Shown in pieces: positions 9,560 through 19,754 of a stretch of 64,000 bases of DNA. The position numbers and the translations under genes were made by a program. A model generated the notes under the pieces. It was not told the DNA's origin and ran no database searches. It saw nothing but the letters and a program-made list of their open reading frames with translations. Origin of the DNA: Histomonas meleagridis 2922-C6/04-290x. Lineage: Eukaryota; Protista; Parabasalia. Position 1 is the stretch's first letter, and each line of letters begins with the position of its first letter. Where the stretch lies: positions 62,001-126,000 of the forward strand of contig JAANOX010000261.1 in assembly GCA_020184695.1 (NCBI GenBank), written 5' to 3'.

Positions 9560-10841
9560 ATGGAAAAGAAGCCGAGCGAAGAACTCTCAGTATTTATCCA
9601 ATGGTTAGTCCAACAAGGGATATTTAGTGTAAATAAAAAATATGTTTATTTCAAATGTTTAAAGTTTTTTCCTTTAATTTAGATTTCATCAAAATATTTT
9701 GAAACAGTACTTCAATGGGCATCACGCGAAGGTCGTGTTGAAATTGTAAAGGCTATTCTTAGGCGAGAAGTTTTTGACATTAATGATAAAGATATTCGTT
9801 TGTTTTATTTGATTTTTATTTTAATAATTTAAGATTTCAAAGAAATATTTGGAAATTTTTTAAATTTTTTTATACAGCACTTATGTATGCATCTATAAAA
9901 GGTCATTCAGAAATCGTTAAATTACTTCTTGAACAAAAAGGAATTGATATTAATGCCAAAGATATTTATTTGTTTTATTTAGTATTTATTTTAATAATTT
10001 AATACTTCAAAACAAGATATGGAAATTATTCAAATTATTTCTTACAGCACTTATATTAGCATGTGCAAATGGGCGTACAGAAATAGTTAAATTACTTCTT
10101 GAACAAAAAGGAATTAATATTAATGCCAAAGATATTTATTTGTTTTATTTATATTTTATTTTAATAATTTTGGATTTCAAAATAATATTTGGCAATTATT
10201 CAAAATATTTGAAACAGCACTTATTTGGGCATCTAGGAATGGTTATACAGAAATCGCCAAATTACTTCTTGAACAAAAAGGAATTGATATTAATGCTAAA
10301 GATATTTATTTGTTTTATTTAATATTTAATTTTTTAATTTAATGTATTGAAATAATATTTGGAAATTATTTAAATTATTTAAAACAGCACTTATTAAAGC
10401 ATCTTTTAAAGGTTATTCAGAAATCGTTAAATTGCTTCTTGTACAAAAAGGAATTGATGTTAATGTGAAAGATATTTATGTTTTTCATATAAAATTTATT
10501 AAAAAAAATTTGGTATTTCAAAATAATATTTGGAAATTATTTAGATTATTTTATACAGCACTTATTTTGGCATCTTTAAATGGTCATACAGAAATAGTTA
10601 AATTACTTCTCGAACAAAAAGGAATTGATATTAATGCTAAAGATATTTATTTGTTTTATTTAATATTTAATTTTTTAATTTAATGTATTGAAATAATATT
10701 TGGAAATCATTCAAATTATTTAATACAGCGCTTGTTTGGGCATCTAAAGGTAATCATTATGATATCGTAGAAATAATTGTAAAGAAATGTCAGATATCAA
10801 AGATATCAGACTGTACAAACATAATAATTATAAACTCATAA
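9560..10841 (+). CDS. Seven-repeat ankyrin protein (273 aa after removal of 27 intervening units of 17 nt, one of them 18 nt)
   Basis: ATG 9560 is in frame to 9643; cores TALxxASxxGHxEIVKLLLEQKGIDINAKD at 170-bp period; 1282 nt minus 460 nt = 822 nt open to TAA 10839-10841. Confidence 0.75.
9704..10724 (+). repeat. 170-bp tandem array: 102 coding nt (34-aa ankyrin repeat) plus 4 x 17-nt intervening units
   Basis: Thr codons of the TAL motif at 9704, 9874, 10044, 10214, 10384, 10555, 10725. Confidence 0.92.
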
Positions 10842-11387
10842 ATAATTCATTTAATTTTGTTTTTATTTTCGACAGAACCACAATCTTTAGTTATGACGAT
10901 ACTTGTTCCAAGACGTCGACCAAAGTGTTGATATGATTTTGGTTACTGTAGCCAAAAATCTAGGTGAGCAGCAATATTTAAGTGACTTATAATACCAGAT
11001 GAATAGACATTAATCGTACATTACGTTATGAATATTTGAATTCATCGTTTTTGAATAAATATCATTACATGGTTTTTGCGAAAAACATTGATGTTATAAT
11101 CATTATCGTTTTCAAATAATTACCCTTTATTGCATTTTTGATTATTTCATTTTTTTGTTTAATATAATTTTGATTATTATTCAATTTAGCATCAATAATA
11201 GTGATTAACGAATGTAAGAAACATATTAATATCAAAAATATTATTAGATATTTAGAAATAAAAACCAAAAATTTTATTCAAACAAACCATTTCAATTTTT
11301 TCTGGCATTTTTGGGGCGTTCCAACAACCGTCACTTTACCCATTAATTTGACTAGGTTCATCAGGCTAAATATGTACAATTCTCAAA

Positions 11388-13655
11388 ATGTTTTTCATCA
11401 ATTTTCTAATTTTTGCCCATTCTATTCATGTAGGAATTGATGTAGGATCATCTTTTACAAAATCGGCTTTTTCATCATTGAGTGAAACACCTGAAATAGG
11501 ATATAACTATGATTCAAAAAGAACTACACCCTCATATATTGCTTTCCGCGCTCCTTCTAATTTTACTGTTTCTAAAGAAAATCCATTAACTAATGAAGAA
11601 GCAGCACAATTAATACCATCTTTTGGTGATAAAGCCTTATCAATCATTGAAATACGTCCTCACCTTGGCTCTGGACACATGCAACTTTTTATAGATTTAA
11701 ATGAATCTGAGACAGAAAGACTAAGTCAAGAATTATTAATTAATTCCACTGCTGCCAAATTTTCATTTTCTGATCTTTTAACACTTTATTTCAAACTCTA
11801 TATTGAATGTATTTCCCATGGAAAGAAAGTCACATCAGTAACATTATCTGTACCTTCACATTTCACTCTTCCTCAAAGGCGTATCTTAGAATCAGCAGTA
11901 AATAGAGCAGGCTTTATTTGTTTACCACCAATTGATGATGTTGATTCTATTGCACATGTTTACTCATTTGAAAAAACGAACAAATTCACTTCACAACCGA
12001 AAACTGTTCTTTTTATTGATGTTGGAGCTACAACTTTAACTTCATTTGCAATCAAATTCGAGATTCAAAAGGACAAGAACAAATCGCAAGGAAAAGCAAT
12101 TGCACATAAACTTTCATATGAAATCCAACGAGAAAACGGAGGTTCATTTCTTACAATTTCACTTGCGAATTACATCAAAAACAAATTGAATTTGGTAAAC
12201 CTTTCAATTTCAGAAAACCGTCGCTTGATGTCTGTTGCCGAAAAGCTTAAAATTCAACTTACAATACTTAAGTCAGCTTCATCTGTTGTTGAAGATATCC
12301 AAGGTGAAGACAAAGAAATAACAGTCACACGTGAAGAACTTGAAGAATTATCAAAACCATTAATTAATGATCTTATTCAAGTAGCTAAAAAAGCATCAGA
12401 AGGAATCGAATTTGATGAGATTGAACTTCTTGGAGGTTCATCACGATTACCAATTGTTATCTCATCACTTAAAGAAGCATTTAATGTTACATTTATTGGC
12501 CATTCATTAAATGCTGATGAATCCTTTGCGATTGGATCAGTTTATTATTCACAAACGTATAATAATGTTTCCAGGTTTTCACCATTAGAAATCGATTCCA
12601 ATTATTCATTCTATACAATATATGGAACATATGGAAATGAAACATATGAACTCTGTCGAAAGAACAACAAATGTATCAATGAACTTAAACTTAACATCAT
12701 ACCAAACACTACTTTTATAATTCGATATGAAAATGATTCATATATTGATACACTTGAAACCAAACAATATGAATACAAATTCGAAATACCAATAAACACA
12801 ACAACGACTACACTTCTAATTACATTTAAAGATTCTCCATTTGATATCAAACAAGTCAAATTATGTAACGAAAGTAATAATAATTGTCAACCAATAAAAT
12901 TCACACCAACACAACAAATATTCGCAGCGACGCCAATGTATTATTCATTAATTAACTCCGAAACGCATCGAAAACGAATTGGTGAATTACGAAGTAAACT
13001 CGAACAATTTACACATCGAATTTTAGACGAAGTTGAAAACAATAAAACAATTTCAACATTTACAAATTCGGAACAACGATTCCAAATCAAAAGTGTTGCA
13101 GAGAAAGTCAAAAATTGGATTTATGAATATTCGGATGTAACAAATGATGAAAAGAATTACACAATACAATTCGGGGAACTTCGTAATGTCATAAATCCAG
13201 TGTACAGTCGAATCCAATTAAATCGGACGTACACAATAACATTCGAAATTATGTTTAAGACATTACAAATGTGTCGTTACGCATTGTACATCGAAATACC
13301 AAAGAACAGAAGTTATATCAACAAAACTGATATCGATAGCTTCAAAAAAATGTTCACAGAAGTCGAAAATTATTTCATCGATATCGTAAATAAAACAAAA
13401 GATATACCGATGTGGGAAGAAAAGAAAATACCGGTGAAGGAGTTGAGCGAAAAGGGATCGAAACTCTACAAAGAGTATTTGAGGGTGATGTCAATAAAGC
13501 CGCCAACAATCACAGAAAAGATACAAAAGAATTCAAAGAATTTCTTCCAAAGAATCACAGAGAGATTCAGAGCACTGTTTAAGAAAAATTCGGTACAAAA
13601 GCCAAATGTGACACCGCCACCAGAGCAGAATAAGGAAACGTCAAAAGAACTATAA
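11388..13655 (+). CDS. ER-type Hsp70-family protein (Hsp110/GRP170-like)
   Basis: Signal peptide, GIDVGSSFTK, TLSVPSHF, IDVGATT, LLGGSSRLP. Confidence 0.85.
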   Translation: MFFINFLIFAHSIHVGIDVGSSFTKSAFSSLSETPEIGYNYDSKRTTPSYIAFRAPSNFTVSKENPLTNEEAAQLIPSFGDKALSIIEIRPHLGSGHMQLFIDLNESETERLSQELLINSTAAKFSFSDLLTLYFKLYIECISHGKKVTSVTLSVPSHFTLPQRRILESAVNRAGFICLPPIDDVDSIAHVYSFEKTNKFTSQPKTVLFIDVGATTLTSFAIKFEIQKDKNKSQGKAIAHKLSYEIQRENGGSFLTISLANYIKNKLNLVNLSISENRRLMSVAEKLKIQLTILKSASSVVEDIQGEDKEITVTREELEELSKPLINDLIQVAKKASEGIEFDEIELLGGSSRLPIVISSLKEAFNVTFIGHSLNADESFAIGSVYYSQTYNNVSRFSPLEIDSNYSFYTIYGTYGNETYELCRKNNKCINELKLNIIPNTTFIIRYENDSYIDTLETKQYEYKFEIPINTTTTTLLITFKDSPFDIKQVKLCNESNNNCQPIKFTPTQQIFAATPMYYSLINSETHRKRIGELRSKLEQFTHRILDEVENNKTISTFTNSEQRFQIKSVAEKVKNWIYEYSDVTNDEKNYTIQFGELRNVINPVYSRIQLNRTYTITFEIMFKTLQMCRYALYIEIPKNRSYINKTDIDSFKKMFTEVENYFIDIVNKTKDIPMWEEKKIPVKELSEKGSKLYKEYLRVMSIKPPTITEKIQKNSKNFFQRITERFRALFKKNSVQKPNVTPPPEQNKETSKEL

Positions 13656-14031
13656 CTATAATAAACATCATAAAGTATTGAATTTTGCTTTGAGAATATC
13701 AACAAGTGGAAGCAAATGTACATTACACTACGCAAAGGAGGCCAACAGCGAATGCGTAAAACGGTGTTCAGCCTATGGATTGGTTCAGGATACCGCTGAT
13801 ATTTAAAATGTGTAATGTGATATGAAACAATATAACGTTGTAAATAACTTTTTAAATGTTTTACACGGAATAAAAAAGCAAAAAGCGTTCTTTCCATTTA
13901 AGAAAACTATTGAGATTAAAATAAATTTGCCTGCAAATACATTGTTATGGTGAACACGTGATTTTTAAGTGTTTAAATAAAAGTTCAAAATTCTTGATGA
14001 ATTTGTTCAGAATAAAAAAAATAAAAAATTT

Positions 14032-14103
14032 TGCTTCACCCAGGAGTCGAACCTGGATCAATAGCGTGTAAAGCTACTGTTCTAACCGTTAGACTAGTGA
14101 AGC
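14032..14103 (-). tRNA. tRNA-Val (anticodon TAC)
   Basis: Reverse complement GCTTCACTAGTCTAACGGTTAGAACAGTAGCTTTACACGCTATTGATCCAGGTTCGACTCCTGGGTGAAGCA; downstream T-run. Confidence 0.95.
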
Positions 14104-14242
14104 AACTCGATTTCTTTTCTGGAAAAATGCATAACATAATTAATTAACCTTTCAGCATCAATTTGAAGGAGAATTTGATTTATATAAAGTAAACAATTTT
14201 TTGATTCCTTTTTGATGTTGTTTGACGCATTTTGTTTTTTGG

Positions 14243-14538
14243 ATGACAGAGCACGGGAGTGAAATGGATAACGAAAATGCTGAAGCCCTTGTTCAGAAGT
14301 CATTTTCTGAATGGCAAAATGTATTTTCTGATTTGATCAATTCAATTGAACATCTTGGAGAAAGTATTAACAAAGCTGTAAACTGTATTTTTAATTTCTA
14401 ACTTCAGCTCATGGAAAAGGATATATGGCTTTAGTGCAAACTGAAGATTGGCTCAATAATATTTATGAAGAGACATATCAAAAAGGTTCCGAAGTTAAAG
14501 ATGTACTTCATGAAGTGCAGCAAGTGCTTCTTTGCTAA
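14243..14538 (+). CDS. Small 90-aa helical protein with one canonical short intron (not in the ORF track)
   Basis: Exon 1 14243-14384 plus exon 2 14408-14538 give an open 273-nt frame MTEHGSEMDN...VQQVLLC*. Confidence 0.7.
14385..14407 (+). other. 23-nt spliceosomal intron GTATTTTTAATTTCTAACTTCAG
   Basis: GT-AG ends and TCTAAC branch motif next to the 3' site, as in short trichomonad introns; removal bypasses a TAA and restores the frame. Confidence 0.75.
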
Positions 14539-14947
14539 AAAATATTGACAGCTTTTTCTTGAATCATTAAGTCATTAAATGATTTCAAACAATTGAAAAT
14601 TATTTTTTGTTAATTTTTTTATTCTTCTTTTTTAAAAATTTTCATCAAAATTACTAAAACATAATAATTATTGCAAAAATGAAAACATGTTGTTGTTCGC
14701 AAAACCGTTTAATGCAACACCTGAAAGATCTTATTAAAACTCATGATTTAAGACTTTTTATTATTTATTCTTTAGATATTGCGTTAAAATACCAATATAA
14801 CATGAGATAAAACCAATAATTATTAGTAATAAAATTTTATTTACTTTATTCTATATTTCTATTTTACAATGTATTTCATTAAGTATCTTTAACTTTGCGG
14901 CTTTTTTCTCCATATAAATAAATTCCAAATTATTTTTTGGGAATTAC

Positions 14948-16003
14948 TTAATATAAAAACAAATTTATTTCATTACCAATATCCAATGGTACATCAGGCG
15001 ATTCATCGATCATTATCTTAACCAAATCCTTTAATTTAAATTTATAAGACGCTTGTTCTTCAATCAGCCATAACGGCACTATTACTCTTCGATTATTTTG
15101 TTCTGTTTCATCAAGTGGATAAAAATCTTCATGAATAATTTCACCATCATTATCAACAGACAAAATCGAGCCATTATTATTACACCCACAATAATCACAA
15201 TTACTAAAAACTGTACAACAAATTTTGCTTTGAAACGGGAAGTCAATTCCCTTTTCACACATTTCATGTGACCTGATTAAAATTTTCAATGAGTTCTCAC
15301 TCAAAAATTTCTGAAGAACATCTTCACCAAAAAAAGAACCTGTTCCACGCGTGTTAGGTAAGAAACCATTGGTCGATGAATTAGGATCACTCCAAAGTAA
15401 ATCGCTTATTATTTTATCTTTTTCAATATTTTCGATTTTTGATTTTTTTGAAAGATCAGTTAATGAATGTAAATCTTCTGATATACCTCCATGAACACAA
15501 AAAATGGTTTCGTTAACAACTGCAGCAATTGGGATATATTGAAATGTGTCAATAAATTCATGATAAAGAATTCCGTTGTATTTTGAGCAACATTCTTTAA
15601 AAAATCCATAAAATTTTGGTAATATTGTGGTTTCATGATTCCCTCGAAGAAGGAAAATGTCATTAGGATACTTTGCTTTAAGGGAGTATAGTAATATTAA
15701 AACTTCAACTCCAAATTTTCCTCGATCAATGTAATCACCCAAAAATAAATACTTTGTATATGGTGGATACCCTGATTTCTCAAATATACGAAGAAGATCA
15801 TCAATGTTTCCATGAATATCACCAACAATTTTAAGATTGGCGGTAATATTTAAAATGATTGGTTCATCTTTTAAAATTGGTTTAACATAGGAAATTAAAT
15901 CTATAATTTTATCATAACTAATTAGCTTGCTTATAGGTTTGCAACTTCCTGTTCTCGATTGAAGAATTTGGCAAATTAAATCATTCACTTTGTTGTCCAT
16001 CAT
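14948..16003 (-). CDS. PPP-family Ser/Thr protein phosphatase (PP1-like)
   Basis: GDIHG, GDYIDRG, RGNHE, HGG, LLWSDP, RSHE motifs; first ATG at 16003. Confidence 0.93.
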   Translation of the reverse strand: MMDNKVNDLICQILQSRTGSCKPISKLISYDKIIDLISYVKPILKDEPIILNITANLKIVGDIHGNIDDLLRIFEKSGYPPYTKYLFLGDYIDRGKFGVEVLILLYSLKAKYPNDIFLLRGNHETTILPKFYGFFKECCSKYNGILYHEFIDTFQYIPIAAVVNETIFCVHGGISEDLHSLTDLSKKSKIENIEKDKIISDLLWSDPNSSTNGFLPNTRGTGSFFGEDVLQKFLSENSLKILIRSHEMCEKGIDFPFQSKICCTVFSNCDYCGCNNNGSILSVDNDGEIIHEDFYPLDETEQNNRRVIVPLWLIEEQASYKFKLKDLVKIMIDESPDVPLDIGNEINLFLY

Positions 16004-17106
16004 ATTTCTGATTTCAGAAATGAGAAACACTTTATTTGAATTTTCTGAAGCAAAGAATTATTTTCTGAACAAACATCGTTGTTTTCTTCGTGTTTTCCAG
16101 AAAACCTTGGCCAAATAACCGTCACGGGTTCTTTGACATAAAATCAAAAAAACTTTCAGTAATTGGAATATAATTTTGTTTTTGAGTCAAAAATGTAACA
16201 TAGAAATGATATTATTGGAGGAGAATATCTTTGTGTGTTAGGTTTATTGAGTAAATTTTTCAACATGCAAATTTCGAATTTTTTAGCATTATTCTATAAA
16301 ACACTTTCCCTCATGCCTATCATAGTCGATTGATCTTCACACATAGAAAAAAACATTGGGAATCTTGAATTTTTTCTAATTTACATGTATGCATTAAACA
16401 ATTATTATTTCATTATTTATTTCTAATAAAATTCCTTAGATAAAATTAAGAGCATGATTTGTTTTTGAAAAACACATATTTTACTTTGAAATAACTAAGC
16501 TTAATTGATCAAAAATTTTTTTAACTTATATAAAATTGTATTTTTTAATGAGAGTTAGTCATTTATTAATACAACTTCAATTTATAATAAGTTTCTAAAA
16601 ATATTTAAAGTTTTCTCAGAAAATGCACAGTTCTAAATCAATCATCCAAACAACCTGAAATTATTTTGCTTAAGATATTCAGATGGTCAAATATTTTATG
16701 GTTTTTAATAATCCGATAAATTCTTTTCTCTCATATTTGATTTTAAAGTTTAAAGTTTGTTTTATATCTTCACAATATCAAATGCAATTTCAATTAACAT
16801 TATAATAGTGTTGATATAATTATATTTCAATTCCATTAGAATCATCATTATGTTATGTATACATCTTATAACTTGAAAGTAACATAATATTTATCAAATA
16901 ATTATCTATTTCATCAACTAATACTTTTATATGATATGTACACTTCTTATTTGAGTATAGATCTTTTTTTAATATACATGTAAAGGAACAGTATTGAAAT
17001 ATATAACTCTATTTTATTGTTTATGTTTCAAACAAAACTATGTTTTCGTGGAAAAAAAAATTGTTTGTTTTTTTATGAATTAAGTTAGTAATAGCATAAC
17101 ATTCCA

Positions 17107-17838
17107 ATGAGCGATGAAATCTTACTACTTGAAAGACAAGAATATCCATTGATTCATGTTTTACTCACCACAGGAAAACGCATTGACTTCCAACCAAATC
17201 AAAACTCGAAAGTAAGTGACATCATTTCTATGATCCAAAATGATGAAACAATCAAGAAACCAAAAAACCGAACAATATGTTTAATTTACAGGGGAAGAAT
17301 ACTTGATAAAGATGAACAGATTACAAAAATAGAAACATTAGATGAGTTTACTCTTCATGCTTTTTTCAGAGGAAATCAACAAAAAATAAGACAAGAACCA
17401 ATGGAACCAGAGTTAAAAGGTTTCGATCGCCTTTCTAGGATGAATTATAGTAGAGAAGAAATTGCAGAAATTCGAAATAATTTTCATCGGTTGCAGGGAA
17501 CAATGAATGCAACAAATGAAGAAAGAATGAGCGCAGAAGAAGAGTGGTTTCCTGTCATTTTTAACCATGAAAACCCATTAGAAGATATTCAATTACAAAT
17601 TTCCAGAATGAACAGACACGTTTTGATAAATGGCATGGACCAAAACAGAGAAGATGAAGGATATTGCTATGTTAGTCAGGTATTAAAGTTTGTATTTGGA
17701 TTCATGGCAGGAACTATGTTTGGAATTGGAGCGATTTTATTTATTTTGATTCAAAATGATATGCCTTTATTTTTAGGTATATTTTCAGGTATAACTTTTC
17801 ACTATGCTTTGAAATATGTATTTGGAACAGATTTTTAA
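17107..17838 (+). CDS. Ubiquitin-like domain membrane protein, Dsc3/DUF2407-like
   Basis: N-terminal Ubl (LIYRGRIL), GFDRL..MNYSREEI..IR..F motif, two C-terminal TM helices. Confidence 0.65.
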   Translation: MSDEILLLERQEYPLIHVLLTTGKRIDFQPNQNSKVSDIISMIQNDETIKKPKNRTICLIYRGRILDKDEQITKIETLDEFTLHAFFRGNQQKIRQEPMEPELKGFDRLSRMNYSREEIAEIRNNFHRLQGTMNATNEERMSAEEEWFPVIFNHENPLEDIQLQISRMNRHVLINGMDQNREDEGYCYVSQVLKFVFGFMAGTMFGIGAILFILIQNDMPLFLGIFSGITFHYALKYVFGTDF

Positions 17839-18106
17839 GATCAATTTAAAAAATAGTTTTGGAAGTTTAGTTTTAGGTGAAATAAATGCAATAAATAACC
17901 ACGAATATAATTTTAAAAAGATTCATCTTTGCTAAATGTGATATACAATTTACTTATACTTAAATAAAGCTATCTGGTTGACGTTAGTCTTTTGAATAAG
18001 TTTTTTGTTTTTAATTAAAGTGAATTAAGTGTTTGCGCACGACGACTCTTTGTCTTCATTGTTAAGTGGGGCGCCCCAATAAAACCAAAATGGCGGCAAA
18101 TTTCAT

Positions 18107-19555
18107 ATGAGCAAAAAAACTATAAATTTCCTTAATGAACTCAGAACAAAGCTTCATCAAAAAGGTGTTACGCGTAGAGCTCAATGGATTTCATTTAGCA
18201 ATAACCAAAATTTGACAACAGTACAATTTGCAAGGCGAGCAAATGCTATAGGAATTGGAATTTCAAATAAAGAAGCCAGTGCAATTTGGAAGCTAGTTGG
18301 AATCAATTCAGATGTAATGCGTTTTGAAGATTTTAATCGTTTACTTGATCAGCCTATCCAACCAGATTTACCAATAGAGAAGAAACATCAAAAGCCAACA
18401 ATTCCTAAAAAGCCAAAGCCAAACACAGACCATCATATTGACCCTAATCTTAATGAAAATCCATCACTAATCTCAATTTTTGAGAGCAACAAAAGAGCTC
18501 TTCTTATGAAATTCATTGAATATGATCCAGCAATCACAGGTGATATTACTCCTAAGATGTTTGAAGAAATTTGTTTTTGGTTTTTACCCAATGCTTCAAT
18601 CGATGAAATAGATTCAATTATTCCAAAATATGAATTAACTCCAGAACGCTTTGACTACCTTATCTTTATGTCTGATATTGCACATCTTTATACGCCTAGT
18701 CAGCACCAAAATTATGAAGCCAACATTCCTAAACCACCATTAAATACAAATGAAATGGAAGAAGAGGAACTTATAGAAAAGCCTCTTTATGTCAAACGTG
18801 AGAAAAACACTAGTGGCATTGATGATGATTTATTAGATGCTGCTACATATTCACCAGAAAGTGATGAACGTTATCCAAAACGCTTCACAAATCAAAAATA
18901 TAGTCAAACACATTCACCTAGGCGTCAAGTACCACCACGTAGTCCCGAAACAACCTATAGTTATCGTTCAAACACACGACCAAATTCTGATTATTCTTCA
19001 CGACTATGCGCAGATGATATTACAGATGCCAAAAGAATCGAAAATCTTTCACCCGAAGATTTAATGGTTGAAATTTCGAATCATGTTTTCAAGTCATCGA
19101 TGGGAAGTAAATATTATTATCAAAAGTGGAGAGATGTACAGAAAAATGCTTTAGATACAGAAGATTTTAGAGATGGATTAGCACGTGATTGTAAAATTAT
19201 TGTTCCGTATGATGAATTAGATTACTTAATAGAAAGATATGGTGGCCCAATGTCATTAAGTTCTTTTGTACGATTTCTTTCTGATGGTAAAAAGTACGAA
19301 GAAGATGAAATGATAAAAACAGGTGAATTAGAAATGACAGAGGATGATGCATCTATTAATGAAATAGCTAAGAAAATTAAGGGAAAGGATTGGGAAAGAA
19401 TAGTATATCATTCTTCATCAGTTGATGAAATTTTGGAGGAATTTGAAAATCAAGGAATTTTCATCACTCCTGATGTGGTTGGAAAGTTGTTATCAAAATT
19501 GGGAAGATCGGGACTAATAAGTGCAATAAAGAAGAAGATGAAGAATTATAAATAA
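18107..19555 (+). CDS. Hypothetical protein with degenerate EF-hand-like segments
   Basis: 482-aa ORF; YDPAITGDIT and paired-helix patterns; Pro/Ser-rich linker. Confidence 0.7.
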   Translation: MSKKTINFLNELRTKLHQKGVTRRAQWISFSNNQNLTTVQFARRANAIGIGISNKEASAIWKLVGINSDVMRFEDFNRLLDQPIQPDLPIEKKHQKPTIPKKPKPNTDHHIDPNLNENPSLISIFESNKRALLMKFIEYDPAITGDITPKMFEEICFWFLPNASIDEIDSIIPKYELTPERFDYLIFMSDIAHLYTPSQHQNYEANIPKPPLNTNEMEEEELIEKPLYVKREKNTSGIDDDLLDAATYSPESDERYPKRFTNQKYSQTHSPRRQVPPRSPETTYSYRSNTRPNSDYSSRLCADDITDAKRIENLSPEDLMVEISNHVFKSSMGSKYYYQKWRDVQKNALDTEDFRDGLARDCKIIVPYDELDYLIERYGGPMSLSSFVRFLSDGKKYEEDEMIKTGELEMTEDDASINEIAKKIKGKDWERIVYHSSSVDEILEEFENQGIFITPDVVGKLLSKLGRSGLISAIKKKMKNYK

Positions 19556-19754
19556 ATATTTTCAATATTAAATACATTCAGCATCTTATGTTATGAACTG
19601 TGTTTAATTTCATCTGAATTAGAGTTTTTTTTATTTGAAGCTAATCAGGATTAAATTCTTAGTTTTTAGATGCGTTTTAAGTAACATAAAGATCTTGGAA
19701 CTAATAAATTTCTTCTTGTGATAACTTATTAAAAAAAAATAATCAAATAGATTT

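Noticed and set aside
9794-9870. Canonical GT-AG or AT-AC intron ending at the ACAG of the TAL codons
   Set aside because: No GT donor or branch motif is present, and the AT-AC option breaks the frame
9964-10040. Two-intron model (51 nt plus 17 nt around a 9-nt mini-exon I-F-G)
   Set aside because: It removes the same 68 nt but leaves the variable triplets at +20 and +40 unexplained. The four-unit reading gives more typical loops (DNNG, DKYG, DSNG) and fits the exact 17-nt deletion variant. It is disfavoured, not excluded, without cDNA.
9968-10043. Single 53-nt deletion giving a KD-IWKLFKLF-x-TAL loop
   Set aside because: This frame has TGA at the 39776 junction and W-to-R at 39606, and the loop is five residues too long for an ankyrin hairpin
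9704-10724. CRISPR-like array
   Set aside because: The long segments between the conserved units are homologous coding repeats, not unique spacers; the context is eukaryotic with no cas genes
13700-13800. Possible ankyrin remnant TLHYAKEANSECVK
   Set aside because: Too short and degenerate to support
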